A DNA stretch of 64,000 bases from Baaleninema sp. (GTDB lineage: Bacteria > Cyanobacteriota > Cyanobacteriia > Cyanobacteriales > Geitlerinemataceae): the NCBI RefSeq assembly GCF_049974805.1, contig NZ_JBNGCO010000001.1, positions 23,502 through 87,501 of the forward strand, written 5' to 3'. Each line of letters opens with the position of its first letter. The first letter of the stretch is position 1. Of this stretch, positions 56,501 through 64,000 are shown piece after piece. A model generated the notes under the pieces. The model made no database searches. It had not been told where the DNA came from and saw only the letters and a list, made by a program, of their open reading frames with translations. A program made the translations under genes and the position numbers.

Positions 56501-57118
56501 GGTGCCGATATTGAACGGTGTCCGGGTTCGATCGACGATAAGATCCGACGGTGCTGCCACGCCGAAAATGGCGAAGTGCAACCGTCGGTATTCGGAATTG
56601 ACAGCTTGTTGGTTGTAACAAAAGCGAATCCAGGCGAACAGGTCGTCTGTGGAAAAGTCCAGGCTGAGAACGCTGTCGATTTCGTCGAAAAAAATCGCCA
56701 AATGTTGGTCGGGAAACTGAGGTAATAATAAATCCTCGACGAACTGACTCAGGGAATGGAGCGGCGTGAGTCCTTCTACCTCCGACCACCACTGTTTCAA
56801 GTTGAAGCGACCGAACAGCCCCAACCCCCGCACCAACTCCACGATAATGCTTTTGTACCACTGTTTCGGCGTCAGGTTATGGCTGCCGATGCGGGTCATA
56901 TCGAGGCTGGTGCAGCGAAAGCCGTCTTGCTGCAAGCGATGGCGAGTTCGTACCAGTAGGGAGGATTTCCCCACCTGACGGCAGTTGAGAACGTAACAAA
57001 ATTCCCCGCCATGCAGGGCTTGGTACAACTGGCGATCGGCATCCCGTTCCACGTAGGTGGCCGTCTCGATTCCCAGGCTCCCGCCAACTTGATAGTCTGT
57101 TTGCGCCTTCGCCATCAA
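53546..57118 (-). CDS. AAA_35/STAND-like ATPase - coiled coil - TM helix - about 14 WD40 repeats
   Basis: 1190-aa ORF. Walker A CRQVGKSS, Walker B AIFFDEID, TPFNIG sensor-like motif. Hydrophobic helix IFIVLLTSALTIVTLLSLALLSAY. Then repeated ...SPDG..(L/I)A(S/T)...D.T(V/A)(K/R)LW units. Confidence 0.9.
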   Translation of the reverse strand: MMAKAQTDYQVGGSLGIETATYVERDADRQLYQALHGGEFCYVLNCRQVGKSSLLVRTRHRLQQDGFRCTSLDMTRIGSHNLTPKQWYKSIIVELVRGLGLFGRFNLKQWWSEVEGLTPLHSLSQFVEDLLLPQFPDQHLAIFFDEIDSVLSLDFSTDDLFAWIRFCYNQQAVNSEYRRLHFAIFGVAAPSDLIVDRTRTPFNIGTAIDLKPLNFDSGQPLLKGLNGWFESPEAVFRQILAWTNGQPFLTQKLCQLAVREVEQISICPDKEIDWVNDLVRSRVIERWDSQDEPPHLRTLRDRLLYDENRAGRLLGLYQSLLNGVEIPSDDSREQLELLLSGLVIKEEGQLQIKNPIYRQVFDRFWVEKQLKRLRPYAEALTAWEKSQFQDESRLLRGQALADAKTWVSGKNLSSLDYQFLAASDGVDRRETQQALEAERTRAIEDKLMAERQQCELKQETARRQQIFIVLLTSALTIVTLLSLALLSAYRQVSESQYNERIGAIRQLARYSNALFTLDRQLEAQINALRARQHLQQLDRTADAKTQAMVEHTIRQAVYGSLETNHLAAGIGFNGIDYSPDGEYMVFVSDRGLQVQGRDGKPLHQLTSHQGPVLGVSVSPDSQTIATASGDATLKLWRRDGTLIRTFTGHQAPIYSVEFSPDGTLLLSASLDRTARIWRQDGTLLATLQQGGTVRKAVFSPDGTAVLTANEDGTVALWRLDGILDRVLFQAEVPALSVAFSPDGQKMAAGFGDGTVRLWNGDGTLRQTIIADNAGIWAVTFSPDSQMLLSGSDTKVVKFWSVEEGILLNRIAGYGGKIMDIVFSPDGEEFATAAWNDVSRMFRLYNPLMLPLREQGSSVTGVEFCPKSQAFAVLDAGTLALRSIDGTSIGQFARNFPLYGRLDISPDGQVIAAAQSGNAIVLATPEGREIRSWSAHQADVRDVEFSPDGRILASTSSDKTVRLWTQEGEAITILKGHKAGVWGVSWSPDGELLAAGSGDSTVRIWSRDGRFQRVLMGHRSIVFDVVWHPEGDRLASVSDDGRILIWNREGKLIRAIEEAHEKGIWSIATRFDGALLATGGDDGVVKLWRWDGTPVATFLEHKSTVLALAFSPDGKFLASGSDDRTAILWNLEEAISFDRVLEVGCRRIENYLKYSPELSHSDRHLCDGILDRFHFSQDCDPEEEVSDDFLE

Positions 57119-57185
57119 GGAACTCCGATCGGGTTATTGCTTTTTTTGGTGAAATATGATATAATTTAATGTTAGCCCAAAAACG

Positions 57186-59249
57186 TCAATATCGATCGCG
57201 ATGGCTAGAAGAAGCATCCGATCGATCGCCGAAGGAATCGCCACTGGCGGTCTCGTCAGCTTCCCAACCAAAGCGATGGCTGTTGCTGAGGGTGACGCGA
57301 TCGCGTCCGTTTTGTTTCGACTCGTACAACGCCACATCCGCCGCTTCCTGAATGTTGGCGGGTTCGGCTGTTTCGTCGGGGACGATGCTGGCAACGCCCA
57401 CGCTGACGGTCATCGTCGTGCGATGGTTCCGCCCGCCCTCGCCCCGTGGAATGCTTAACCTCCGAATCTCCTGACAAATCTTTTCAGCCATTGCCATGGC
57501 CGCTTTGGCGTCAGTATTCAACAGCAACACGAGAAATTCCTCGCCGCCGTAGCGAGCCACGACCCGGTCGTGAGTCCAGTCTCCGGTGACGCTAACGATT
57601 CCCAAGGCCACCTGCTGCAAACAAATATCTCCGAGAGGATGACCGTAGGTATCGTTATAAGATTTAAAAAAGTCGATATCGCAGGAGAGGATCGACAAGG
57701 ATTGTCCGTTGGCGCTAGATTCTTGCCAAGCGTCTTCTAAGCGTAAGTCGAAATAGCGTCGGTTGGGAATTTGCGTGAGTTCGTCGATATAACAGAGTTG
57801 TTGCAGGGTTTGATTTTCCCGTTCCAAGGCTATGAGTCGATCGCCCACCATAGAGGTATTGAAGGTCTTGTCCGGTAAGCAGGCGAAGGGACTCGATTGG
57901 CTCTGTTGGGACAAGCGAGAACTCTCGTAAATTTGCAGCCGCTCTTGAAAATACTGGCGGTACAGATGAGAACTGAGAACCACGGTGTTTCCTTGAAACT
58001 TCACCAGTCCCAGGCTGTCGAGTTTGTAGGCCAAGGCGGGTTCGAGTTCCACGCCTTCAGGGGAGCGCAAGACGAGGGCTAGGGCTTTCAACAACAGGGG
58101 TTGTTCTTGGAGGATATGCCACAGTTGTTGTAGATAATTGCGGTAAATCCCGCTGAGGGTGGAGGCTTCTGCTAAAAGTCGATCGAGGTCTTTTTCGCTT
58201 TGGTGTAGGTGGTACAGTGCTAGAGATACGAGATAAGGATGACCCCCTACCATCTCCACGATTTTCCGAGCGGGTCGATCGTCACTCCAATGTAACCCGT
58301 ACCGCTGGGCTAAGTCGCAGACGCGATCGATAGTGAACGGCGGCAACACCACGGGCAGCCCCACGTTAAAGGGGGATTGGTTGATGTCGAGGGGAACGTA
58401 GACTTCTGTGGAGTGAACCACCACCAGCCGCAGTTTCTGCCAAGTTTCCACCTGTTTGGCTTCTTCATGCCACGATCGCAACATGGGTAGGAATTCTTGA
58501 GCCACTTCGGGAAACTCGAACAGGCGGTTGACTTCTTGCAGGGCTAAGATGAGGGGTCGATCGATGGTCTCGAGAACGCAATGCTGCATATAAAGGGTAC
58601 AGCTAACCTTCGAGCCGATATCGTCGTCCCAAACCTCATGGAGGGGACTCGAGAGATGTAACATTTGCTTGAGATTGGCGCAAAACCAGCGCAGCAATTT
58701 GTTTAAATCCCCTAAAACATAGGTTTCAGCCCGTTGGAAATCCAGGGTGACGGTGGCATATCCCGATTCTTTACCGTGGTGGAGCAGTCGCAGCAGCAGC
58801 GAACTTTTTCCCATGCGCCGACTGCCGCGAACGCGAACGGCACAGCCGGGTTTGTGCAGTTCTTGTTGGGTCAGGCGTTCGATGGGCGGTCGTTCGACGT
58901 ACAGGGGCGAATTTAAGGGTACCGGAGCGCCGGGATATTCGATTTCGGGGCTTGGGTGGATGGGTCGATCGCTCAATTCGTCGAGCAGCAGACGTTCCTG
59001 GGAGGTTAGCGATCGCGGCTCTAGAATGGCGCGGAAGTTGGCTTTGGAAATCGACTCGTCAAAGACTTCCGATAGGGTTCGCCACAGTTGAGACGCGACG
59101 TTTCGCAAATAGTGAGCGTCGTATCCTAGCTCGGCTTCCATGCGGGTATAGGTAGCCCCTTTCCACGATTGGCGCAGTACGCTTTCCTGAACCGGAGACA
59201 TGGTTTCGCCAATGGCACGAACGAGTTCGACGATCTCGTCAATAGTCAT
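57186..59249 (-). CDS. HTH-like N-domain - AAA_35/STAND-like ATPase - coiled coil - GGDEF diguanylate cyclase
   Basis: 687-aa ORF. N-terminal LuxR/sigma-r4-like helix pattern, Walker A GSRRMGKSS, Walker-B position LILALQEV (Gln where Asp is expected), SPFNVG. C-terminal GGDEF with intact RYGGEEF and DIDFFKSYND. Confidence 0.9.
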   Translation of the reverse strand: MTIDEIVELVRAIGETMSPVQESVLRQSWKGATYTRMEAELGYDAHYLRNVASQLWRTLSEVFDESISKANFRAILEPRSLTSQERLLLDELSDRPIHPSPEIEYPGAPVPLNSPLYVERPPIERLTQQELHKPGCAVRVRGSRRMGKSSLLLRLLHHGKESGYATVTLDFQRAETYVLGDLNKLLRWFCANLKQMLHLSSPLHEVWDDDIGSKVSCTLYMQHCVLETIDRPLILALQEVNRLFEFPEVAQEFLPMLRSWHEEAKQVETWQKLRLVVVHSTEVYVPLDINQSPFNVGLPVVLPPFTIDRVCDLAQRYGLHWSDDRPARKIVEMVGGHPYLVSLALYHLHQSEKDLDRLLAEASTLSGIYRNYLQQLWHILQEQPLLLKALALVLRSPEGVELEPALAYKLDSLGLVKFQGNTVVLSSHLYRQYFQERLQIYESSRLSQQSQSSPFACLPDKTFNTSMVGDRLIALERENQTLQQLCYIDELTQIPNRRYFDLRLEDAWQESSANGQSLSILSCDIDFFKSYNDTYGHPLGDICLQQVALGIVSVTGDWTHDRVVARYGGEEFLVLLLNTDAKAAMAMAEKICQEIRRLSIPRGEGGRNHRTTMTVSVGVASIVPDETAEPANIQEAADVALYESKQNGRDRVTLSNSHRFGWEADETASGDSFGDRSDASSSHRDRY

Positions 59250-59681
59250 GTGACACTGAAAAAAAAGTAAGCGAACAGCGGACGGGAAACGAAAAGTTAT
59301 CTAAAATTGCCTCGAGTTACCTGAGTTCGCCAATATAACCAATGCGGTCTAGGATCGGCAATTGAATAGATCGCGAGGCTCCCCAACCATTGTAACCAAA
59401 CCCTGTGACCGAAGTCACTGACTGAACGGCGCTACTTATGTATCGAGGTTTATGGCGGTTCGGAAAAAGAGTGATTTTTTGTCACTTGACAGTTCCGGGT
59501 TAGTTTGATGTATTGGAACCACTTCGTAAGGTAACAAATTTTATTATCAAGTTTTAAATATCTTAAATGACTCGAAACATATGGCGATGGCTTCCCAGTC
59601 AACTGGAATTTTCTGCATATAATCGATAAGACGACTTTTGGATTGGGGATTCCCAAAAGCGAAATCTTGGGAACAAAGGAT

Positions 59682-62186
59682 ATGTCAGGATATGCCCATG
59701 CAGTTGTCGGTCAACTTCGTGAAGTACTCGATCGTGTTGAAGACGCCTTGGGAGGCTTGGCCGACGGGATTGCTTGGACGGACGAAACGGGACGAGTTCA
59801 GTGGTGCAACCTACGCTTCGCCCAGTTAGTCGGTCGGCCGCGTTCGGAACTTTGCTCGATCGATGTTGTTAAATTATTTCCTCTCGAACGGGATAGAACT
59901 TGCCAAAAGTTCCCCCAACATCCCTTTCGTTTGGCTCTAACAGGTTCGAACTATACCCGGCAAGTTTATCGCAGTCGAGACCCGAACGGTCGTTCGGGTC
60001 TCCTCGAAGTGTTTTATATCGTCTTATCCATCGTTTCTCCCCGGCGGAACGTCCTGTTAGTGATGCGAGAATTGAACTCGCGGTTCCAGGAGCCGGGAGA
60101 GCCAAAGTTAGAAAACGCTGACATTTCCACCCTGTACCAGCTCCTCGCCGACCATTCCACCGATTGGATTTCCCGCCAGACCTCCGACGGCGTGTTTCTT
60201 TACACCTCGCCAGCGGGACAGCGGTTGCTCGGTTACAATCCCGATCGGTCGATCGGTCGCTCGGCCTTCGAGCTGTACCATCCCAGCGACATCGACAAAC
60301 TGCGTCGCGTGTACGAAGAAGTGGTTCGCCATCCCGAAACCCCCATCTCCCTCGCCCACCGCATCCGCCACCAAAACGAATATTACCTCTGGTTCGAGAC
60401 CACCTTCAACGCCGTTCGATCGCCCCAAGGAGAAGTCACGCAGGAAATCGTCACCGTCTCCCGAGATGTGACCGATCGACTCTCCTATCAAACCACTCTG
60501 CAACGAAACGAAAAACGCTTTCGCGCCCTCATCGAAAACGTCACCGACGCCATTTTTATTTTTGACGCTCGAGGAAAGTTACGCTACGCCAGTCCCTCCG
60601 CCGAAAAACTCCTCGGCTACGCCAGCGAGAAATATCTCGGACAGTTCCCGTTTCAATTCCTCGAAAAACGGGAAATTCCCCAGGTCAAACGGGCGTTCTA
60701 CAAAGCCAGACGCTTCCCGGGACAGTGCGAAATCCTCAAAGAATTCACCATTTACCACGCCGACGGAACCCCCCTCATCTTCGAGGCCGCGATTACCAAT
60801 CTCCTCTCGGAACCCGCCCTCGAAGGGATCGTCGTCAACTGTCACAACATCACCGAACGCAAACAGGCGGAAGTACAACTGCGTCACGACGCCCTTCACG
60901 ACCCCTTGACGGGACTTCCCAATCGCACTCTGTTCATGGAACGGCTGTCTCAAGCTATCGCCGAAAAACAACGACAGCAGACTTATAAATTCGCCGTTCT
61001 CTATCTCGATCTCGATCGATTTAAATCTATTAACGACAGTTTGGGACATCTGGCCGGCGATCGACTGTTAATCGAAGTGGCCAAACGCCTCAAATCCCTA
61101 GTTCGTCAAAACGACACAGTGGCGCGACTCAGCGGCGACGAATTCGCCATCTTGCTCCAAGATATGATTGACGACTCCAACGCGCAACTGCTGGCCGATC
61201 GCTTACAAACCGCCTTACAAGACCCCCTAGAACTGGAATATCAAGAAGTCTTCGTCACCGCCAGCATCGGTATCGTCCTCGCCGACGACCTCTATCAAAC
61301 TCCTTCCGACATCCTGCGCGACGCCGATACCGCCATGTATCGCGCCAAGCAACTGGGAAAAGCCCGTCAAGAAACTTTCGACATCACCATGTCGAAGAAC
61401 AACCTCAAACAGCTTCGTTTGGGGGTGGATTTGCGCCACGCCCTCGATCGCAACGAGTTAGAACCGTTCTATCAACCCATCGTCTCTCTTAAAACAGGAC
61501 GAATCAGCGGTTTCGAGGTGTTGTTGCGTTGGAATCACGACGAATTCGGCCGCGTCTCCCCGGACGAGTTCATCCCCATTGCCGAAGAAACCGGCGCCAT
61601 CGTTCCTTTAGGATGGTGGGTTCTCTCACGAGCCTGTCATCAAATGAAACGCTGGCGCAAACAGTTCCCTACGCGACGGCTGATGGTGTGCGTGAATCTC
61701 TCCGGACGCCAGTTTTCCCAGCCTTCCATCGTCGAACGAGTCGAACAAGCCTTAAAAGTCACTCATCTCGACCCCTGTTATTTGAAATTAGAAATCACTG
61801 AAACCACCATCGTCGAAAACGAAGCCACAGTAATGAATACGCTACAGCGGCTCAAAAAAATGGGGGTCAAGTTGAGTATCGACGACTTCGGAACCGGGTA
61901 TTCCTCGTTATCTCGCCTGCGCAATTTCCCCATCGATACTCTGAAAATCGATAAGTCCTTCGTTCAAACTATGGAACGCGATCGTGGCAATCTCGCCATT
62001 ACCAAGTCGATCGTCATGTTAGCGGAAACCCTAGACATCTCCACCGTCGCCGAAGGCGTCGAAATCCCCGAACACCTCCACCAACTCCGACAACTCGGCT
62101 GCGAATATGCCCAAGGCTATCTCTTTTCCCGTCCCGTCAACGCCGAACAAGCCAGCGAGTTGATTGCTGATAATCCGCAGTGGTAA
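59682..62186 (+). CDS. PAS-PAS-PAS-GGDEF-EAL signalling protein (degenerate SGDEF; EVL-type phosphodiesterase)
   Basis: The ORF opens at a TTG at 59643; the ATG at 59682 is preceded by aaagga. It has PAS modules, the GGDEF-domain motif RLSGDEFAIL, and EAL-domain motifs EVLLRW, DDFGTGYSS, KIDKSF and EGVE. Confidence 0.9.
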   Translation: MSGYAHAVVGQLREVLDRVEDALGGLADGIAWTDETGRVQWCNLRFAQLVGRPRSELCSIDVVKLFPLERDRTCQKFPQHPFRLALTGSNYTRQVYRSRDPNGRSGLLEVFYIVLSIVSPRRNVLLVMRELNSRFQEPGEPKLENADISTLYQLLADHSTDWISRQTSDGVFLYTSPAGQRLLGYNPDRSIGRSAFELYHPSDIDKLRRVYEEVVRHPETPISLAHRIRHQNEYYLWFETTFNAVRSPQGEVTQEIVTVSRDVTDRLSYQTTLQRNEKRFRALIENVTDAIFIFDARGKLRYASPSAEKLLGYASEKYLGQFPFQFLEKREIPQVKRAFYKARRFPGQCEILKEFTIYHADGTPLIFEAAITNLLSEPALEGIVVNCHNITERKQAEVQLRHDALHDPLTGLPNRTLFMERLSQAIAEKQRQQTYKFAVLYLDLDRFKSINDSLGHLAGDRLLIEVAKRLKSLVRQNDTVARLSGDEFAILLQDMIDDSNAQLLADRLQTALQDPLELEYQEVFVTASIGIVLADDLYQTPSDILRDADTAMYRAKQLGKARQETFDITMSKNNLKQLRLGVDLRHALDRNELEPFYQPIVSLKTGRISGFEVLLRWNHDEFGRVSPDEFIPIAEETGAIVPLGWWVLSRACHQMKRWRKQFPTRRLMVCVNLSGRQFSQPSIVERVEQALKVTHLDPCYLKLEITETTIVENEATVMNTLQRLKKMGVKLSIDDFGTGYSSLSRLRNFPIDTLKIDKSFVQTMERDRGNLAITKSIVMLAETLDISTVAEGVEIPEHLHQLRQLGCEYAQGYLFSRPVNAEQASELIADNPQW

Positions 62187-62290
62187 CGGAGATGATGGGA
62201 TGGGGAGATGATGGGGTGATGGGGTGATGGGTAGGGTGCGTGACTTGAAAAATCGGGTGTCGCCATGAAACCGAGAAATCGTCACGAACC
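62186..62290. repeat. Dispersed hairpin element, copy B, preceded by a GATGGGG array
   Basis: ggagatgatgggatggggagatgatggggtgatggggtgatgggtagggtgcgtgacttgaaaaatcgggtgtcg...gtcacgaacc. The stem ggtgcgtgac/gtcacgaacc overlaps the GH3 stop codon. Confidence 0.75.
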
Positions 62291-63964
62291 GCTGCTAATC
62301 TCAACATCTTCCAAGAGCGGTAAATCGGCGAGAAACTGACGGTCTTCGCTGATGTGGGGAAATTTTAATTGGGAGTCGGGAATGCCTTTTTTCACTTGAC
62401 GCTGGCGTAGAATGTCGTAACTTCCCGGTTTTAGGATTCGCAGGCGCGGCGGTGGAATGTCGCTGCGGCGAGAAATGGCGTAATGGGTGTTTTCTTCCCC
62501 TAACCTTTCGTCGAACCGCTTTAAAAAGGCTTCGGGATTCTCCAACTTCTCCCCCGGCGCCAGTTCGATATTGACTAGATATCGCGCTGGAAAGTCGTTT
62601 TCCGATAAGGTCAAGCAAAAGTCTTCGAGACGCACGCCGAATTCTTCTTGTAAGCTGTCCATGACTCGCGTGGCGTGGTCTTCGGTGGTTTTTTCGGTGG
62701 TGGCGGAAATTAATCCCCCGGCCCGGTGTTTGAAGACGATGAGCGGCGCTTGGTTGTAGAATCCTACTACTTCCACCACGTCGCCGATGTCGTAGCGGAA
62801 GAAGCCGCCGTAGCTGCTGAGGAGGATGCGATAGCATTTTCCGGCTTCGACTTCCCTCGGAAGCAGGGTTTCCGGCTGGTCGAGGTGCCATTGTTCTTCG
62901 GGGATAAACTCGAAAAATCCGGTTTCGATGGATAATATACTGCCGTCGGTGTCTACGTCGGGGTAAATGCTGAAGGTGCCTTCGGCGGAGGAAAATACAG
63001 CCCCGAAAATTGGCCGGTCGCCGAAGTATTCGGGAAAACGGCGGAAGTAGAAATCTGAGGTTCCCCCTCGCGCGGCGGTGACGAATAGGGAATCGGGCCA
63101 GGCGGATTTGGGGGTGAGGCGTCCTTCGGTTTTCAGGATGTGGCGCAGTTCGGCGGCTCGATCGATATCGGCGTCCCACTTGGATTCGAGTTGTTGTCGC
63201 AGCTGGGGTTCGAGGTTCAGCCAGTCGGCGATCGATCCGGTTTCGATATCCCGCACCATCTCTTCGCCGTATCGATCGAGATAGTTGCAAATTCGTAAAA
63301 TCAACATGGGGAAGTTGGCGACGATTCCCCGGGTGGTTCGATCGCGCAGCGCAAACAAAATCGCCAGGTAATGACGCGCCACGCTGTCAGCCACCAACAG
63401 CGTTTCAAACGGGTTAGAAAAGATAGTATTGTAAAGCCGTTTGTCCATCCGCATTACGCCGACGCTGGCGGGTCCGAACTCGATGCCGCCCTCCGTTTCT
63501 CCCCAAATTAAGGCGGAATTCGTCAGTAAAATCTTACCAAATTCTAACCCCCGACGCTGTAAGCCCCGCGTTAAAAAGCCGAGACTGGTCAAATTGGCGC
63601 GACGCAGCACGCTTTGAGACTTGCGACTGGTGGGAATCAGTTTTTTCTTACCTGTCGAGCCGCTGGTCAAGGTTAGATAAACCACCGGATCGGGAAGTAA
63701 AACGTTCGGTTCTCCCTTGGCGATTCGATCGATATAGGGTTCGTAACTTTTATACGGCAGAATCGGCATTTTTTGCCGAAATTCCGCCAGAGTTTTAATA
63801 TCTTTAAACCCGTAATCTTTACCGAATTCAGTATTTTGATACTCCCTTAAGAGTTTCAATAAAAACTGTTTTTGAAATTGTTCTAAGTCACGAGTTTTTT
63901 GAACGAATCGTTCTCGCGAAAACCCCGTTACAACGTTCAACAAAGACAACGCAAAGTTGGACAT
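62282..63964 (-). CDS. GH3-family acyl-acid amido synthetase-like protein (adenylate-forming)
   Basis: 560-aa ORF. N-terminal pattern FQKQFLLKLLREYQNTEFGKDYGF...YLTLTSGSTGKKKLIPTS is typical of bacterial GH3 auxin-responsive-promoter family proteins. Confidence 0.85.
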   Translation of the reverse strand: MSNFALSLLNVVTGFSRERFVQKTRDLEQFQKQFLLKLLREYQNTEFGKDYGFKDIKTLAEFRQKMPILPYKSYEPYIDRIAKGEPNVLLPDPVVYLTLTSGSTGKKKLIPTSRKSQSVLRRANLTSLGFLTRGLQRRGLEFGKILLTNSALIWGETEGGIEFGPASVGVMRMDKRLYNTIFSNPFETLLVADSVARHYLAILFALRDRTTRGIVANFPMLILRICNYLDRYGEEMVRDIETGSIADWLNLEPQLRQQLESKWDADIDRAAELRHILKTEGRLTPKSAWPDSLFVTAARGGTSDFYFRRFPEYFGDRPIFGAVFSSAEGTFSIYPDVDTDGSILSIETGFFEFIPEEQWHLDQPETLLPREVEAGKCYRILLSSYGGFFRYDIGDVVEVVGFYNQAPLIVFKHRAGGLISATTEKTTEDHATRVMDSLQEEFGVRLEDFCLTLSENDFPARYLVNIELAPGEKLENPEAFLKRFDERLGEENTHYAISRRSDIPPPRLRILKPGSYDILRQRQVKKGIPDSQLKFPHISEDRQFLADLPLLEDVEISSGS

Positions 63965-64000
63965 TATCTAAAATAATAAATTTAAGGTAATTTTTATTCA

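Noticed and set aside
62301-63290. 329-aa alternative-frame ORF within the GH3 gene
   Set aside because: It is on the same strand but out of frame with the GH3-family protein. It is extremely Arg/Pro-rich and has no motifs.
1-64000. tRNA, rRNA, tmRNA, RNase P, SRP or riboswitch genes
   Set aside because: I scanned the intergenic regions by eye for T-loop (GGTTCGAATCC-like) and other signature motifs and found none. A covariance-model scan would be needed to exclude small RNAs.

Overview
This is a chromosomal segment from a cyanobacterium. Evidence: the HIP1 octamer GCGATCGC recurs throughout, and the gene content is typical (hyp hydrogenase-maturation genes, nifJ/PFOR, CHAT, WD40, pentapeptide, TPR, and many GGDEF/PAS/hybrid-kinase proteins). 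All domain calls come from motifs read in the supplied translations and from memory of the families; no searches were run.

I support about 45 protein-coding genes.
- Core genes: CSP41-like epimerase, two sensor kinases (one a 1399-aa CHASE4-like/HAMP/PAS/GAF/HK/2xREC/Hpt hybrid), CoxE-type VWA protein, PIN/TRAM protein, hemW, glk, valS, NUDIX, DUF427 and a TPR protein.
- One long minus-strand block runs hypA-hypB-(unknown membrane protein)-hypF-hypC-nifJ-DHOD-like, with hypD divergent. Next to it are a Dam-type methyltransferase and an orphan ParA.

Accessory or unusual parts:
1. An AT-rich islet (about 18.6-25.7 kb) holds a small membrane-protein + PD-(D/E)xK-nuclease cassette, an IS200/IS605 element (tnpA/tnpB), and a run of mostly decayed toxin-antitoxin modules. 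One PIN toxin gene in it is split by a 121-bp MITE.
2. A lipid/glycan-looking cluster (25.7-33.2 kb) contains a GT-C glycosyltransferase, a fatty acyl-AMP ligase, a pentapeptide protein, a 637-aa polytopic protein and a KDSR-like reductase.
3. An exported CHAT-TPR protease lies convergent with a 53-aa-repeat membrane protein.
4. My best candidate for an undescribed system is a tandem pair of AAA_35/STAND-like ATPase paralogues. One is fused to a GGDEF cyclase and the other to a TM helix plus about 14 WD40 blades. The pair is divergent from a PAS-GGDEF-EAL gene (53.5-62.2 kb).

Several repeat families are described: GATGGGG arrays with a conserved hairpin at convergent gene ends, a GGGGCGAACGGCCGTTCGCCCC palindrome inside ORFs, and tandem duplications of gene 3' ends. 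I recognised no rRNA, tRNA or CRISPR array.
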